Of a stretch of DNA of 64,000 nt, positions 1 through 12,590 are shown piece after piece. The stretch is taken from assembly GCA_051294375.1 (NCBI GenBank), contig CM119268.1, positions 17,823,562 to 17,887,561 of the forward strand, in the 5' to 3' direction. Both the position numbers and the translations under genes were made by a program. The DNA comes from Paraspadella gotoi. Its lineage: Eukaryota > Animalia > Chaetognatha. The notes beneath the pieces are model-generated. The model saw nothing but the letters and a program-made list of their open reading frames with translations. It ran no database searches and was not told where the DNA came from. Every line of letters starts with the position of its first letter. The stretch's first letter is position 1.

Positions 1-309
1 GAAAAAAGATATTAACAAAAAAGTTTTTTATTTATTATCCTCTGTTATCGTAAAATAAATATTAAACAGATTTAATCATTTTTATTAAAACTTTACATTT
101 TAACTATAATTAATATAAAATTAAAATAACCAACTTGATTATAATTTCATTAAAAAAGTTAAAGAAAGACAATTACGTAGAGAATAAACAGAAGTATAAC
201 AAGTAAAACTATAACTTTATGCCATATTTTCAAGTTGTTTCTTTTATCTTTCCATCCATCAGAGATTCATTACCTCTCCAGCCCCCCCCCCCTCATTCTT
301 CCCTCTCAC

Positions 310-739
310 CGATCTGATGCTTGAATCGCTTCTCCAGCTTCTCCAACGCAATCGTCTGCTTCTCGCTCTCCCACGCCATCTCCTTGTGAACCAGATCGAT
401 CTGTTCCTGCTTCTGCCGCTCGAACTCTTGGCGGATCTCCGGGTCCATCTCGAACTCCTTCATGTCCAGGCGGATGTGGGGCGGGAGGTCTTCGTTGCGG
501 GTCTTGATCTTTTTGAACTCTGGTGTCGGGAGAGAGGATTACTCGAGTTAAGGTAAATTATGGTGACTGGGCAGCGAGAGAGGCAGTGGAATAATTCATG
601 GCTATGATAAATGAGTCACAAGGGATAGCAGTGATAAAAATTATAGCGAAAACGATGTTTCGTAAATTGAGGCAGAAATTATGTTATACATAGAGAACAG
701 AAACAATGAAATGAGGGCATTATTTAACGTCAAACGCAC

Positions 740-795
<56 letters not shown>

Positions 796-3700
796 CAGTT
801 TCTAATTTACTTTCTCTTCCTAAAAAATAAATGATACAACCGATAGCGACTTTCCCGCCCATCACCTGAAACGTTCAACTTCCCTTTTCCTTACCCTCCG
901 ATCCTCACCCTTATTCTCGCCTCACCCGTTCTCAGTTTAGCGATCTGCATCCTCACTGCGGATTTCTTTTCCTCCGCTATCTTCATCATCCTGTCGTGTT
1001 CGGCCTTTTGTTTCGCGTCTTCGATGCTGTAGTGTTTTTCGTCTTGAATGTCCTCCACCGACGGCATTTCGCTTTGTTTCTTGTTTAAAGGAAAGAAAGG
1101 ACAATGCCGCGATTACAGTATTTTGATTCCGCGAGAAACAAAATTACGAAATGATGATTACGGAATAAACTTTGCTTCCTTAGGTTTAAAAGAAATGGAA
1201 TCGTTCGCTTTAAATAATAAATGAATTTATTTCTTGGGTCGTAGTTATAGATGATTTACCTTAGGAGTGGGAAGCCTCACTTTCTGTTCCTCCGTCAAAC
1301 TTTGAGTCATCTTCGCGTGGATTTGATAAACAAAAATATTTCTGAAAAAAAAACATTATAAATTAGTCTACTCTTCTTGTTTTCAATACCAATTACTATC
1401 CTTTCTTTTAACATTAATCTCTTTCCTTTTCATTCGTCATTCAGCTCAATTCCTTTTTTTTTCAACATTCCATTCTTACAACAGTCTTTTATTTCAACAT
1501 TCATATCTTTTACCTTCCAATCATAAATCATCTCTTCTCCCTTTCAGTCAACATTCATTTCCTTTTCCTTTCATACACCATTTTTCTCTACTCATTCATC
1601 TCTTCTCCCTTTCAGTCAACATTCATTTCCTTTTCCTTGCATACACCATTCATCTCTCCTCATTTATCTCTTACCCATCGTCTCCGACTGAGAATAGAAA
1701 CTCGTCGTCAAAACTGAGCTGCAAATGTCTAATGTGTCCGTAATCGTTGTCGTGGAAATTCTTCGCCCAAAACGAGAGCAAGTTTCCCATGTCGGCCTGC
1801 GTTTAAAAGGTTGACAGTTTTAAATTAGTTATATTATTCACATTTTTTTTTGTTCGACAAAACTGCGTTCAAATTACTGAGTCATTTAATGTAACGAAAA
1901 ATGTCTAACCGTCGTTTCCCAATTGAATTCCTTTCTGGGCGCGTTGCTTTTCTTCACCGAATCACCTGAAGAGAAAGAGGAAGTTTTTATAAATATTAGG
2001 TGAAAAGCGGCTTGCTCGATGATTGGATGCTTATTCTATACTCCATAGTGCACTGTGCCATCAAAATGGCTTCACAACACACGGCACTAGTTATAATGAC
2101 TAGGAAAAAGACGAGACTGAAAACTAATTAAGAGATAATATTGGCATTATTCTATCGCCCAAAAAAATAAACCAATTTAATTTTAATTTTAATATCAATT
2201 TTAAGGAATATTTAAAATAAATTAAAAAAATTAGTAGGCAGAAGAATAATGACTTTTTAGTTAACATTTCCGTTTTATATTTCATGAAAACCATTCAAAA
2301 AATATATCAAACTTGTTTTTAAAACGTACTTACAAAATTGTAATATAAATGAAAAAATTTTGAATGGTTAAGCATTGAAGATTCTGTTGAAAATTTGCTT
2401 TCCTTATTGCTTCTTTCTGTTGTACATGAATCTTATGTTCATTCATGTTGAAATAGTATTATCATTATATATATAGAGATAATAGATATCTTACCCATGC
2501 GGTTGTTTGGTCGACCTAATTTTGCTATAATGTGTGTGTGGTTCAGACGGAAAACGAGAGAAAGCAATTTTTTTAAAGAGTGATTAAATTATTAAGCCTT
2601 AATTTAAGGCGATTAAATTATTTGGTTTAGTTAATAGTTAATACAAAACAGTTAACAATCATACACAGGAAGCGCAATTATTAGTTATGTCATTTAAAAA
2701 GGACGAAACTGAATTTTTAATTAGTTTCAGTTTCAATATTACAATAAATGTATTTACTATCCATTGTAATAATAAATAGTCAGGTTAATTAGTTATTAAA
2801 ACTGTTAAATGTTAGGAACGATAATTTAATTTAACACTGTCACATAAATGCGCGTGATCGCGAAAAACCACAGAATTCGTGTTATCCTCAAGACCCAAGT
2901 CATCAGAGGGGCCTTGACATGACATGTCAAATCTCACCGGACGTGGTTGGCCTTTGCTGCGCAACCGTCTCCACGGCTCCGCTCTTTTGAGGTTCCACCG
3001 CACCGGCGGCACCGGCATCAGCGGAAGCACCTGCACCGGCAAGCCCTGTCTCCTCGTCCGCCGGTGCAGCCGGCCTGACTACTTCGCCCGCCGTCTTTGG
3101 CTTCTCTTCCGCATCTCTCTGAGGATCCACCATGGAAGGGGGGGATCTGGAGTCGGCGGAGGACGGTGATTGGTGGAAAGGAGCGGGTGACCGATCGTGT
3201 GATTGGTGGAGAAAAAGAGTGTAAGTAAATTGGTTATAAACTTAATCGTCTCTAATTATTATTAAAAAAAGAAATTACTAAAAAAAAAGCGTAAAACGAG
3301 TTTCGCTCCGACGATGAAAACGAGTATGGCAATTTTAACAACCAGAGAAACAATGAAATCTATCTGATCAAGTGGAAAGTGAGACCAATTGTAAAAAGCC
3401 AGTTTATTAAAAAAAAAACATAAATATTGTAATATTTGGTTTACAATATTTAACTTGTTGAGAAAATGCTGTATAAGGGAGGAAAAAATAACCATTGAAA
3501 CAAAACTACGTCATTATGAACAATAATATTGAGTACGTGTTGAACTTTACAATAAACATTATTGTACAGCCATTCTTACGCTTCAGTCGGAAAGCTGAGT
3601 CCTCTAATAAGAGGATTCTTTAACACGGCCGTCAGAGGTATATGCAACCGCTCGCTGCCCGAGAAAAATCGTCATTAAAAAAAAATGTTGTCGTTAACGG

Positions 3701-4437
3701 ATGGTCGCTAAGGGTTTCGAAAGGAGAATATAAAGTACTCTGGCCGAAGCGTCGTTTGTCGGATATGTGAATGTTTTATTTATTCACAATGAAAGCGGTA
3801 CTACCAATAAAAAAATTATCAATTCAATATATAAATTATCTTGCTTTTAATTAAGGCTTTCTTAAAGTCCAGTTTATTTGCTCCAAGATTACCCGGCTTC
3901 CCTATCGATGAAGTGGTATAATGTTTCGATAAAATTTTAAATTGTATAAAATGACCTCTCCTTTAAGCATTGAGGAGTTTTTATTTGCATAAAATTATGA
4001 TACAATGTAAGTATTAGAGGTAAGTATTGCATCGGGCATTACTATATCTTCCTCCGCATATAAATACTTTTTTCTATCACGAGTGACGCAAACTTACCGT
4101 GAGGCCCGACCTGACCTGACCTATATCAACCAAGGACCCACCTGGCAGCAAAGGTCTTCCCACGCATCCTCCCCCGCTTCGGCAGTGAACTCTCCTCCTC
4201 CTTTATCTCCACTTGCGGCACCAGAGGCTGCGCTCTGATGCTCCCGTCGTCCATCCCCAGCAAGAGGATCTTGCCATCGTGGCTGGTCAATTAAAGATGG
4301 ATTTGATTGATTGATTGGTAGAGTAATTTGATAGATTGATTGGTGGATTAAGCTGAGTGTTTGATTGATTGATGGATGAATTTGATTGATTGACTGATTG
4401 GTGGAGTGATTGAACGATTGAACGAAATAATTTTTTT

Positions 4438-4496
<59 letters not shown>

Positions 4497-7400
4497 TCTC
4501 TCTCTCTTCTCTCTCTCTCTCTCTCTCTCGCACCAAAACTGAGCCGAATTGATGGCCATGTCGTTGGATTGAAGGAGCGGGAGTGCTCGAATTGGTTCCG
4601 TGGTGTTTTGCTCTTCCTCTTCGGCGCGCGCCTTTTCCTCCTCCGTCAGAATTTCGCACTCGTAGAAGTAACCGGCGTCGTAGCCGCCCTGGTTAAATAC
4701 GGTTAATATGGTTAATGGTTAACAGGTTAACAGGCAAGCGTCTAGGACTGATTTAAATATCATTTGCATATTGCAGTAATTTAGATAATTTCTCATATCT
4801 CCTGCTAAGGTTGTCTCATAGGTTATTTTTTGCTTTAATGGTTCGTTTGATACGGTTTTCTACTTTATAGGTTGAGAAATAATTTGAATCTTCGTTGCAG
4901 AGCGGTCGCGGCCAAATTTTAGATTTCTTAAGGTTTATTAACAAATTAACAGATTGATAAAAAGTTGAAATCGTACAATGTTTCTAACGTTTTTTTTAAT
5001 GTTACAATCTTTTATTCAGTCTTTTGCACTGTTACTGTTTATGATTATGTCAATACAGTTTTTGGTATTAATTAAAAAAAAAAAAAAATCTTTTATTTAA
5101 AAAGAAAAAAGAAAAAAACGTCCAACGCTGTAATGGATATAACTTTTAATTGTGTTTATTAGGATTGTACATAAGAAAAAATTATATCGTCCGCAAAATA
5201 TTTAACAGCTGAGTCAACGTTTGACTTCGTTTACATTCCCGCCAACCGGTTACCATGGAAACCCAGAAGCTCTTCTCCCCGTTGGCGGCGTTGGGGTCGT
5301 AGAAGGCGTGGAGGATGGGGCTGGGGTCTTCTGGAACGAAAGCCACCCAGTCGTCGTCGTCGTCTTCGTCGTCGTCATCGTCGTCGTCGGACTCGACCTC
5401 CTCTCCTCGTTCCTTCCGCAGGCGTCGCTCCTCCTCCCGCTGTCGCTTCCGTTCCGCGTCCGCCATCGCCTTCTTCACCATCTCCTCTTCGTGCTGGGGT
5501 TGGGGATGGGGGAAAGGAGGGGGGAGATGGAAAAGGGGGCAAGGATGATGGAGAAGGGAGGGGAGGAAAAGAGGATGATAGCGATGGAGAGGAGAAAGGG
5601 GGTCAGTCAGAAGAAAAAAATTGAATATTATTTTGGATCTTCTTCTGTTAATAGATCCTACCCTCAGTCGTGACTTGATGGAGTGAAACTTGTAAGTGTT
5701 GAATTTCAAGGTGTTCAGTTGAAAGGTTTTCGTTGTGTCCACATTGTCTGAAAAAAAAAGCAACATTCGTTTATCAATCGCCAATTATAAATTATATATG
5801 TAAAATATTGACCACTTATAAGGTCTCATCCTTAATTAAAAAAAAGTTTGAAATTGAGAGACAGACAGACAGACCTGCGTTGGCGGGAGGATGTATCTCC
5901 CAGATTTCGCCGTTTGTGCAAGAAGCCAACAATGAGTTCTTGTTCTGGGAATAAGGAGGAAAATAATTTTAAAGATACAATTTCAAATGAGTGAGAAGAC
6001 GGTTAGATATAGGAAGAAGGAAGAAGAAAATAAATTTTCAACTTCCAAGAGTCTCACGAAGTGCTTGGGGGTCCAAGCAAGATTGGTGATGGGCGCGGGA
6101 CAATCGACGAATCCGATCGGTTCCAACTCCGTGCCCGTCAAACGCAGGAAGAACACGTTTTTGTCTTCGCCCTTAACGAAAACAAAAAAAGAAAAGTAAA
6201 GAGTAAAGATAATTTAATTTAATTAATATATTCCTTAATATATTCTCACCCCAGTGGCCAGAATAGTCCCGGTTTTGTCCAAACAGATCTGGGTGACAGC
6301 TCGATTGTGGGGCTTCAATGCCTGTTGGAGAGCAATCTCCGGGACCTGAAGAATAAATCTTGGTTTAAGTTTTCTTTTGAGATGATTTAAATTTGTAAAA
6401 AAATAAACTTTAAAATATTTCATCCAGTCTTGATAATAGGTAAAAACTTACGTTCGTAAACGTTTTATCTCCTGGCGTTGCAACAGTTTTGGAAAGACCT
6501 TTCCAGGTTGACTGAGAACGCATTAAAAATTACAAAGGCAAAGACCGTCAACGTCAATCATTATAGTATTTTCCTCATAGTTTCACGAACGTGCACAAAT
6601 ATAAATAAAAATCAGACGTAAAAAATTTTATTGAAATAAAATAAAAACATTTATTTATGCTCTACATGACTATAACAAATGACCTAATTTTCTTTAGTAA
6701 ACTAAATCCAGGCGCCAGGAGAAAAATTGACTATCACATCGATTCAGGAAGAAAACAACAACTGCAGTTAACATTTAACCGAATGTGGATTAAAATTACG
6801 AAAAGTCAGATCTAAAAATCGAAACAAAAGCTTTCGACGCAAACCATAATCAAAATTTTCATACATCTACTCACGAAGCCATTTCACAGATCGACCACAT
6901 TTAAGCGTCACACGAAAAAGCGCTACTTGTCACGAAATTCCGTGAACGAAAGCGTGAAAGGATGAAAAGAAAGAGCCGAATACATACTGCTTGGAGAAAA
7001 GCGTGGCTAACTGAGAATAACCCAATGTCTCCAGTATACTAGAAAGAAATGGACGGACGAAAAATGGGGAACAAAGCTATCTGGATTTACAAACATGCGA
7101 TTTACATAATGAGAAAAATAAGTTAAATTTTCTTTTGAGATTAAATCTTTGACGACGGAGAGATTATTGTTTGTCGAGTGACTCGAATTTACCTCATTTC
7201 CTTTTCCCGCCAGTGCTATTGCCTTGTGAATCGTAAACGAAACTTAATGAATCAGCGAAAATGCAACGGAACTCACTTTCATCGTTATGATTATGTGCAT
7301 GTAAATGAGAAAAGCGAAACGACTGCTCGAAAAGCCCATTCAAGTTTGATTGTTTAACAGGTAAAAAAAGATTGTAAAAACGGTTAAATAAAAATTTAAC

Positions 7401-10400
7401 TTGTTTCGTTGGTTTAAAAAAAATAAAAACGAAAGTAATTTGTTAGTAAAATTCATTGGTTGGTATGTAAAAATCGGTCACATTCTTACTACCTTTGCCC
7501 AGCTCTTCGACTATTAAAAACAAGGCAGAAGGAATGAAGAAAAATTAATTAGTTGTTGAATGTAAAATTTTAAAATACATATAAGCTTTTTTCTTGTATT
7601 ACTTAGAAAGAAAGGAGAACTTACTCTGAAAAATTATTTTTGATTTAGCTATAAACTAGTTTCTAATTCAAAGAATAGATAATGAATATGTGTGAATTAT
7701 AAAAATTGCATTCGTAAGCCAATATATCGCATTTCAGGTTAGCAGTATAAACTATAAAGTCCATGACGAACCAAAAAGGTTAAAGTATATTCCGGTACAT
7801 CATATAGATTATTTACCTCGTCATCTGCAGATTGCTGTATTAATTGTAACAATCGCAAATATGCGTATTTTAAAATCAAGCAGAAAAAAAAGTCAAAAAA
7901 ATTTTGACGAAACAATACTATATCTATTTCTTACCTCTTTTTTGACGTATTCTACTTTTCTCATGGTGATTGTGAAAACACGTAGGACGCCATCTGCAAA
8001 TCCTACCATGAAAGTTTTTCCTTTTTTGTCGACCTGAAATTGATAAATGATAAATGATAAATGATTTACTAATTATGTATTAAGAAACTAGAAGAAAAAT
8101 CATTATAAATCTGACACTTGTTTTGGAAAGGCTATCGTTCGTTTAGGCGTAACGACAACATTCAAATTTTCAATCAAAATTTTCTCATTTTCTGGTTCAT
8201 TAACTCACACTCACTCACACCCTAATAACGAACATTGCACAAGCCAAAACGTTCCTTTTGTTACTCACTTCTTTGGGAAGCCAAAGCAAAGATGTTCCAG
8301 GAGCGTTGAATCGAGACTCGCAGAGCGACTTCTTCTCCAAATAATTGTAGATCCTGACGGACTTGTCCAACCCTGTGGTGGCGAGGAGGTGGGTGACCGG
8401 CGACGCTCCAGCGCCCGTGATCGTCCCCGCATGGAAGGAGAAGATCTTCTCCGGGGGCTTCGTCGTGTGGGAAAAGGAAAGGTCGAGCTTCCAGATGCCG
8501 CCGTTGGCGTCTTGGGCCACCCTGTGGGGCGTTGTGGAGGTGGTCCGTTATTTTGTTGTGGTTTTTGTGGTTGGTTTTGTGGTTAAGGTAATTTGTCTCG
8601 TAGGTTGTAACCAAGAAACGATTGAATATTTTACGTCGTTCAATACCCAAAACTCACCACAATAAGCAAAGATAATCTTTATTACGTTCAAGATTGTGTC
8701 TCACTGAAGTAAGCCCTCTTCGAGGATGTTTTAAGTGGCCAGACCAGGAACTAATTGGTGGCCTGATTCTCGCTTTGTAAAAGAGGGATTCAGCACATCG
8801 GCGTCAAAAAGTAATAGCAGATCTGAAGGACGATTTTCCGACTCACCAAACCGATGACTGATTCGACGCTTGTTTGAGACTCTTGACCAGGGAGACGAGC
8901 TGCACCCCAACTCCCACTCTTAGCTCGTTCATGGGCTCCAGCTCGAACATCCCTCGCTCGTCTGTGCTGTCCGCAGTGTCGATCGTTTCAAAGTCCCAAA
9001 CGCGGACGAATCCGTCCTTACCGATCGTGTACAGTTCGCCTATGTGTGTAGTGGTGCGGAGGTGTGAGAAGGTATGAGTGGGGATTGGGATGAGAATAAT
9101 GTTGAAGGAGAGAAAGTGAAGCGTGTTATAGACAAAAGGGATATTGGTAGTATTAAAAGTTAATACAATTCCTTTAATGTGAAATATCTCAATAATTCTC
9201 TCTCTCTCTCTCTTTTCTCTCTCTCACTGTCTCATACCTTCATCCATAACGAACTGCATTATTGGCCCCACGTGACAGGGTTTCCCATTTTTTCTGCTGA
9301 TTTGAACTTTGATCAGAGTTCCCTCCCATAGGAGCATGTTGCCCCATTCAGAACCTGTTGGGACCAAAAGAAAGTTTGTAATAAATGTTCTCGCTGGCTA
9401 TTCTGTTAATTATATAACCGAAACCCAATACAAGAAGCTAAAGCCCACAACGGTCACTGTCCTCCAAAGCTGTTGTACCGGAGAGCACTTTTCCGTCAGG
9501 AAGTTCCACGTATCCCTCGATGTCGGAAATCTCCGTCCTTCCGAATTTCCCGATTTCTCCCTGCAGTTTGAGGCCGGTGAACGTGTTGGCCATTTTCCAA
9601 AAGCGGATGTGGCCAAGGCCGGCCGTCGTCAGCTGGCCTGCGACGACGGTGGAGAAAAGAGGGCGTCATGAGTTATCACTTTTTTTTGGACGTGAACGAC
9701 TTCACCGTCAAAGAGATTTTTCTGTTAAATATAGACTAAGCATATTTATATTTTATATTTTAAACTTATATGTTAAATATGTTAAATTAATTTATACAAT
9801 CAGTTAAAAAATCTTTTTTTTTCATAAACGAGTGCCTGCGTCCCATAAAAAAATATCTTTTTAATTTTTCAATTCTCCTCAGTTATTCCGTCGTTGTTTT
9901 CGATTGTGGTTTTTATTATTGTTGTTGTGGATCTCATTGGTTTTGTTGTTGTTGTTGTTATTGTCGTTGTTGTTTAAATGCCACCTTGAATCTCGGCGGA
10001 GAAAGAGACTCTGAAGATGTCCTGCGAAAAGGCTTTGCATCGTAGACAGATCTCTTCGTTCTTCCAATCCCAAATCGTCATCATGTAATCAGGGTCGCCC
10101 CCGACCGAGGCCAAAAGGAGCCCGTCGGGGCTGAAGTCCAGGAAGGCGTAGGCTCGCTCCGTGCCTTTTTTTAAAGCGGGGTGGGATTGAGGAATTACCC
10201 TATATTATATGACAGGATTTTTAATAATTACTTATTTTTAAATCATATTTCAATTACATGTCAGCTTTATATGTATTCAACAACTAAAGATTTTATTAAA
10301 TGCTTTTTCGGTGGTTAAATTAGATAGATAATTGATATTTTTATTATATCAGTAGAATCAATTTAAGCATCTTCGTATTTTTATTTACAGTTTAATTCCA

Positions 10401-10871
10401 ACGAAGGAAGTAGGCGTATTTGTATTTGTATGAAAAAAAATAATTAAATAGCTCCATTCTCCCCCCCCCCTTCTACCCGCTCCACCGCTCCATTCTCCCC
10501 CTTCTACCCGCTCCACCGCTCCATTCTCCCCCCTCGACCCACTCACCTCCACTCACCTCCCCTCAAAATCCTGTACAGCTTGAGACTCGGATATTCGTAG
10601 ACCATGATGTTGGGATGGAGGCCCTTCTCCCCGACGGCGAAGAGCTTCCTCGACGGGTGGATGTTGATGGCGCCGATTCCGCCGCCAGAAGAGGAGCGAA
10701 GGTGCTTCTGCTCCTTTGTATCCAGATTGAGGAGCTCCACCATATTTCCGGCTGGAGCAAGGTGAAGGGGGAGGAGTAAATATATGAAACAAGTAATGTG
10801 GTGTAAGGGCTACTTAATATATTTTCATTACAAATAGGTCATGAGACTTATAAACTACATATCACTGTCTT

Positions 10872-10956
<85 letters not shown>

Positions 10957-12065
10957 CCCGAGAACATCGCCCACTCTTCGTCGAGCATGTGCAGATTGCC
11001 TCTTCTCGTGCAGTCGTATCCGAAGCTGTGATAAAACTTGATCAGATTGGGACCCAGTCCATCGTCTTCCGAAGTCCGCGCCTTCGATTCGAATTCCTCG
11101 TTGTCGTAATAAAAGTCGTCGGGGAGTTTCTGCGCCCCCAGGGCGGCTTGACTGTTTCGGGGACAAAAGAACAGTCCATGGAGATTTAAACAAGGAAGAA
11201 AAATGAGTGGTCGATTTGAATGTTAAAAAAGGCTAAAAAAAAAAACTTACAACATTTATCTACAAATTTTGTTTTTCTTAATTAATTTATTAATTTTATG
11301 AATATTTCATTTTTTAAATTTTTTTAAATACATTTTTTAAATACATATATATATATATATAATAACAAAATGCATTTTAAAATATATTAATTGGCACAAT
11401 TCTGGTCAGCCAATCATTTATTTCCGGATGAAAGGAAACAAAGAATATCATTAGATGGCAGAAAGCAATATCGAGAGAGATGAGGGAAGCGAGAAGGAAG
11501 AGACTGGTCATAAACAGGAGCAAAAATGACCAGGAAACACGAGAGATAAGCAATAAGCGATAGGTTTTATTAAAAATGACTTTTGAATTATGCGAGAAAA
11601 AATGTTAAAAGTTATTTCTACTTTATTTTCATTTTCGTGAATCGAAATGAAAAAGAAAACCGAGTGAAAGTGACCACTCCAGCCGCTCAACTGTCCATAC
11701 CAACAGTTTTCCTGACCACCCTTACCGCTCATCCGAACAACCGAGGCCGCTTGCGTGAGCCGTTCCCTACCCGCTCACCCGACCACTTCAACCGCTCACC
11801 TGACCACTCCGGCCGCCTGCACTTGGGGCTGCGCCTCCTCCTCTTCCTCCTTCGCCGGTTCATCGACAACGATCCCCGTCTCTGGCGTCTCGGCCGCTGA
11901 ATTGAGGGTGGTGGAAGGGGTGGCGGAGAGAGTGGAGAAAGGCGTGCCGGGGGTGTGAGGCACCGACAGGGGTGTATTCGGGGGGTGAGTGTCATTCGTT
12001 GACGTCGAGATTCCCATCGACACTCCCGAGGAACTCGCCGAGTTGGGAGTCGAAGGAATCGTCAT
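310..12065 (-). CDS. CFAP44: Cilia- and flagella-associated protein 44 (WDR52); 5' part, gene continues past the left edge of the window
   Basis: Phase-consistent GT-AG exons: 12065-11800, 11151-10958, 10751-10557, 10164-9985, 9637-9479, 9354-9238, 9039-8847, 8521-8269, 8033-7935, [microexons 7834-6452], 6345-6250, 6171-6058, 5944-5875, 5747-5662, 5493-5254, 4688-4534, 4282-4142, [3901-3893, 3654-3580], 3146-2938, [2515-2495], 1965-1910, 1796-1675, 1341-1260, 1079-926, 519-310. Peptides match recalled CFAP44 motifs: [96 protein letters not shown]. Confidence 0.93.
1528..1650. repeat. Intronic direct duplication (~54-bp core, ~69-bp period)
   Basis: tcatctcttctccctttcagtcaacattcatttccttttcctt(t/g)catacaccatt occurs twice. 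Confidence 0.8.
6452..7834 (-). CDS. CFAP44: Array of five phase-0 micro/mini-exons of CFAP44 (7834-7817, 7510-7493, 7222-7193, 7038-6988, 6511-6452)
   Basis: Each is AG..GT bounded, a multiple of 3 (18, 18, 30, 51, 60 nt) and stop-free in phase 0: [59 protein letters not shown]. Confidence 0.62.
10452..10532. repeat. Intronic minisatellite (~29-bp unit, ~2.5 copies), G-rich on the sense strand
   Basis: ctccattctccccc(c)ttctacccgctccaccg repeated. Confidence 0.8.
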
Positions 12066-12503
12066 TGTTTTATTTCGTTTTTGTTTTTGTTTTTTCGTCT
12101 TGTTTTTTTAATAATATAATTAGTAAGTTGTTGTGTTGGGTTTGGTTTTCGTTGGAAGTTACAATTTTTGAGTTTCGATTCTATAAAGGCATGCAGTGAA
12201 AGTATAAAATAATTAAACGTGTAGTAATTTTCGGTGAGTTGGTATACGTCGGTTACTTTGGTATCAAATGGACTATGTAAAGAAATAGTTGGAGAACAAA
12301 CCTATACTGGGATTCATTGCATATATACAATCTATCCACAATTATATAAAAGAAAGAAACATAGACTGAAATGAAATTCAAAATTATATAGAAAATTAAA
12401 AAGGTAAATTTAAAAATGAAAGGAAAATCGACAGAAATGGATGCAGGTCGCTGAAAAGGATTCGTGCAGCTTTGTCCGCCAAAACGGAATCTGGGGATAT
12501 TGG

Positions 12504-12534
<31 letters not shown>

Positions 12535-12545
12535 AGAGAGAGAGG

Positions 12546-12590
<45 letters not shown>

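Noticed and set aside
5250-5263. Perfect X-box GTTACCATGGAAAC inside CFAP44
   Set aside because: It overlaps the codons for VSM and the donor GTAAC, far from the promoter, so coding and splice constraints explain it.
6875-6922. 48-nt AG..GTGAGT unit in the microexon array
   Set aside because: It has stops in phase 0 and is open only in an incompatible phase; at most a poison exon.
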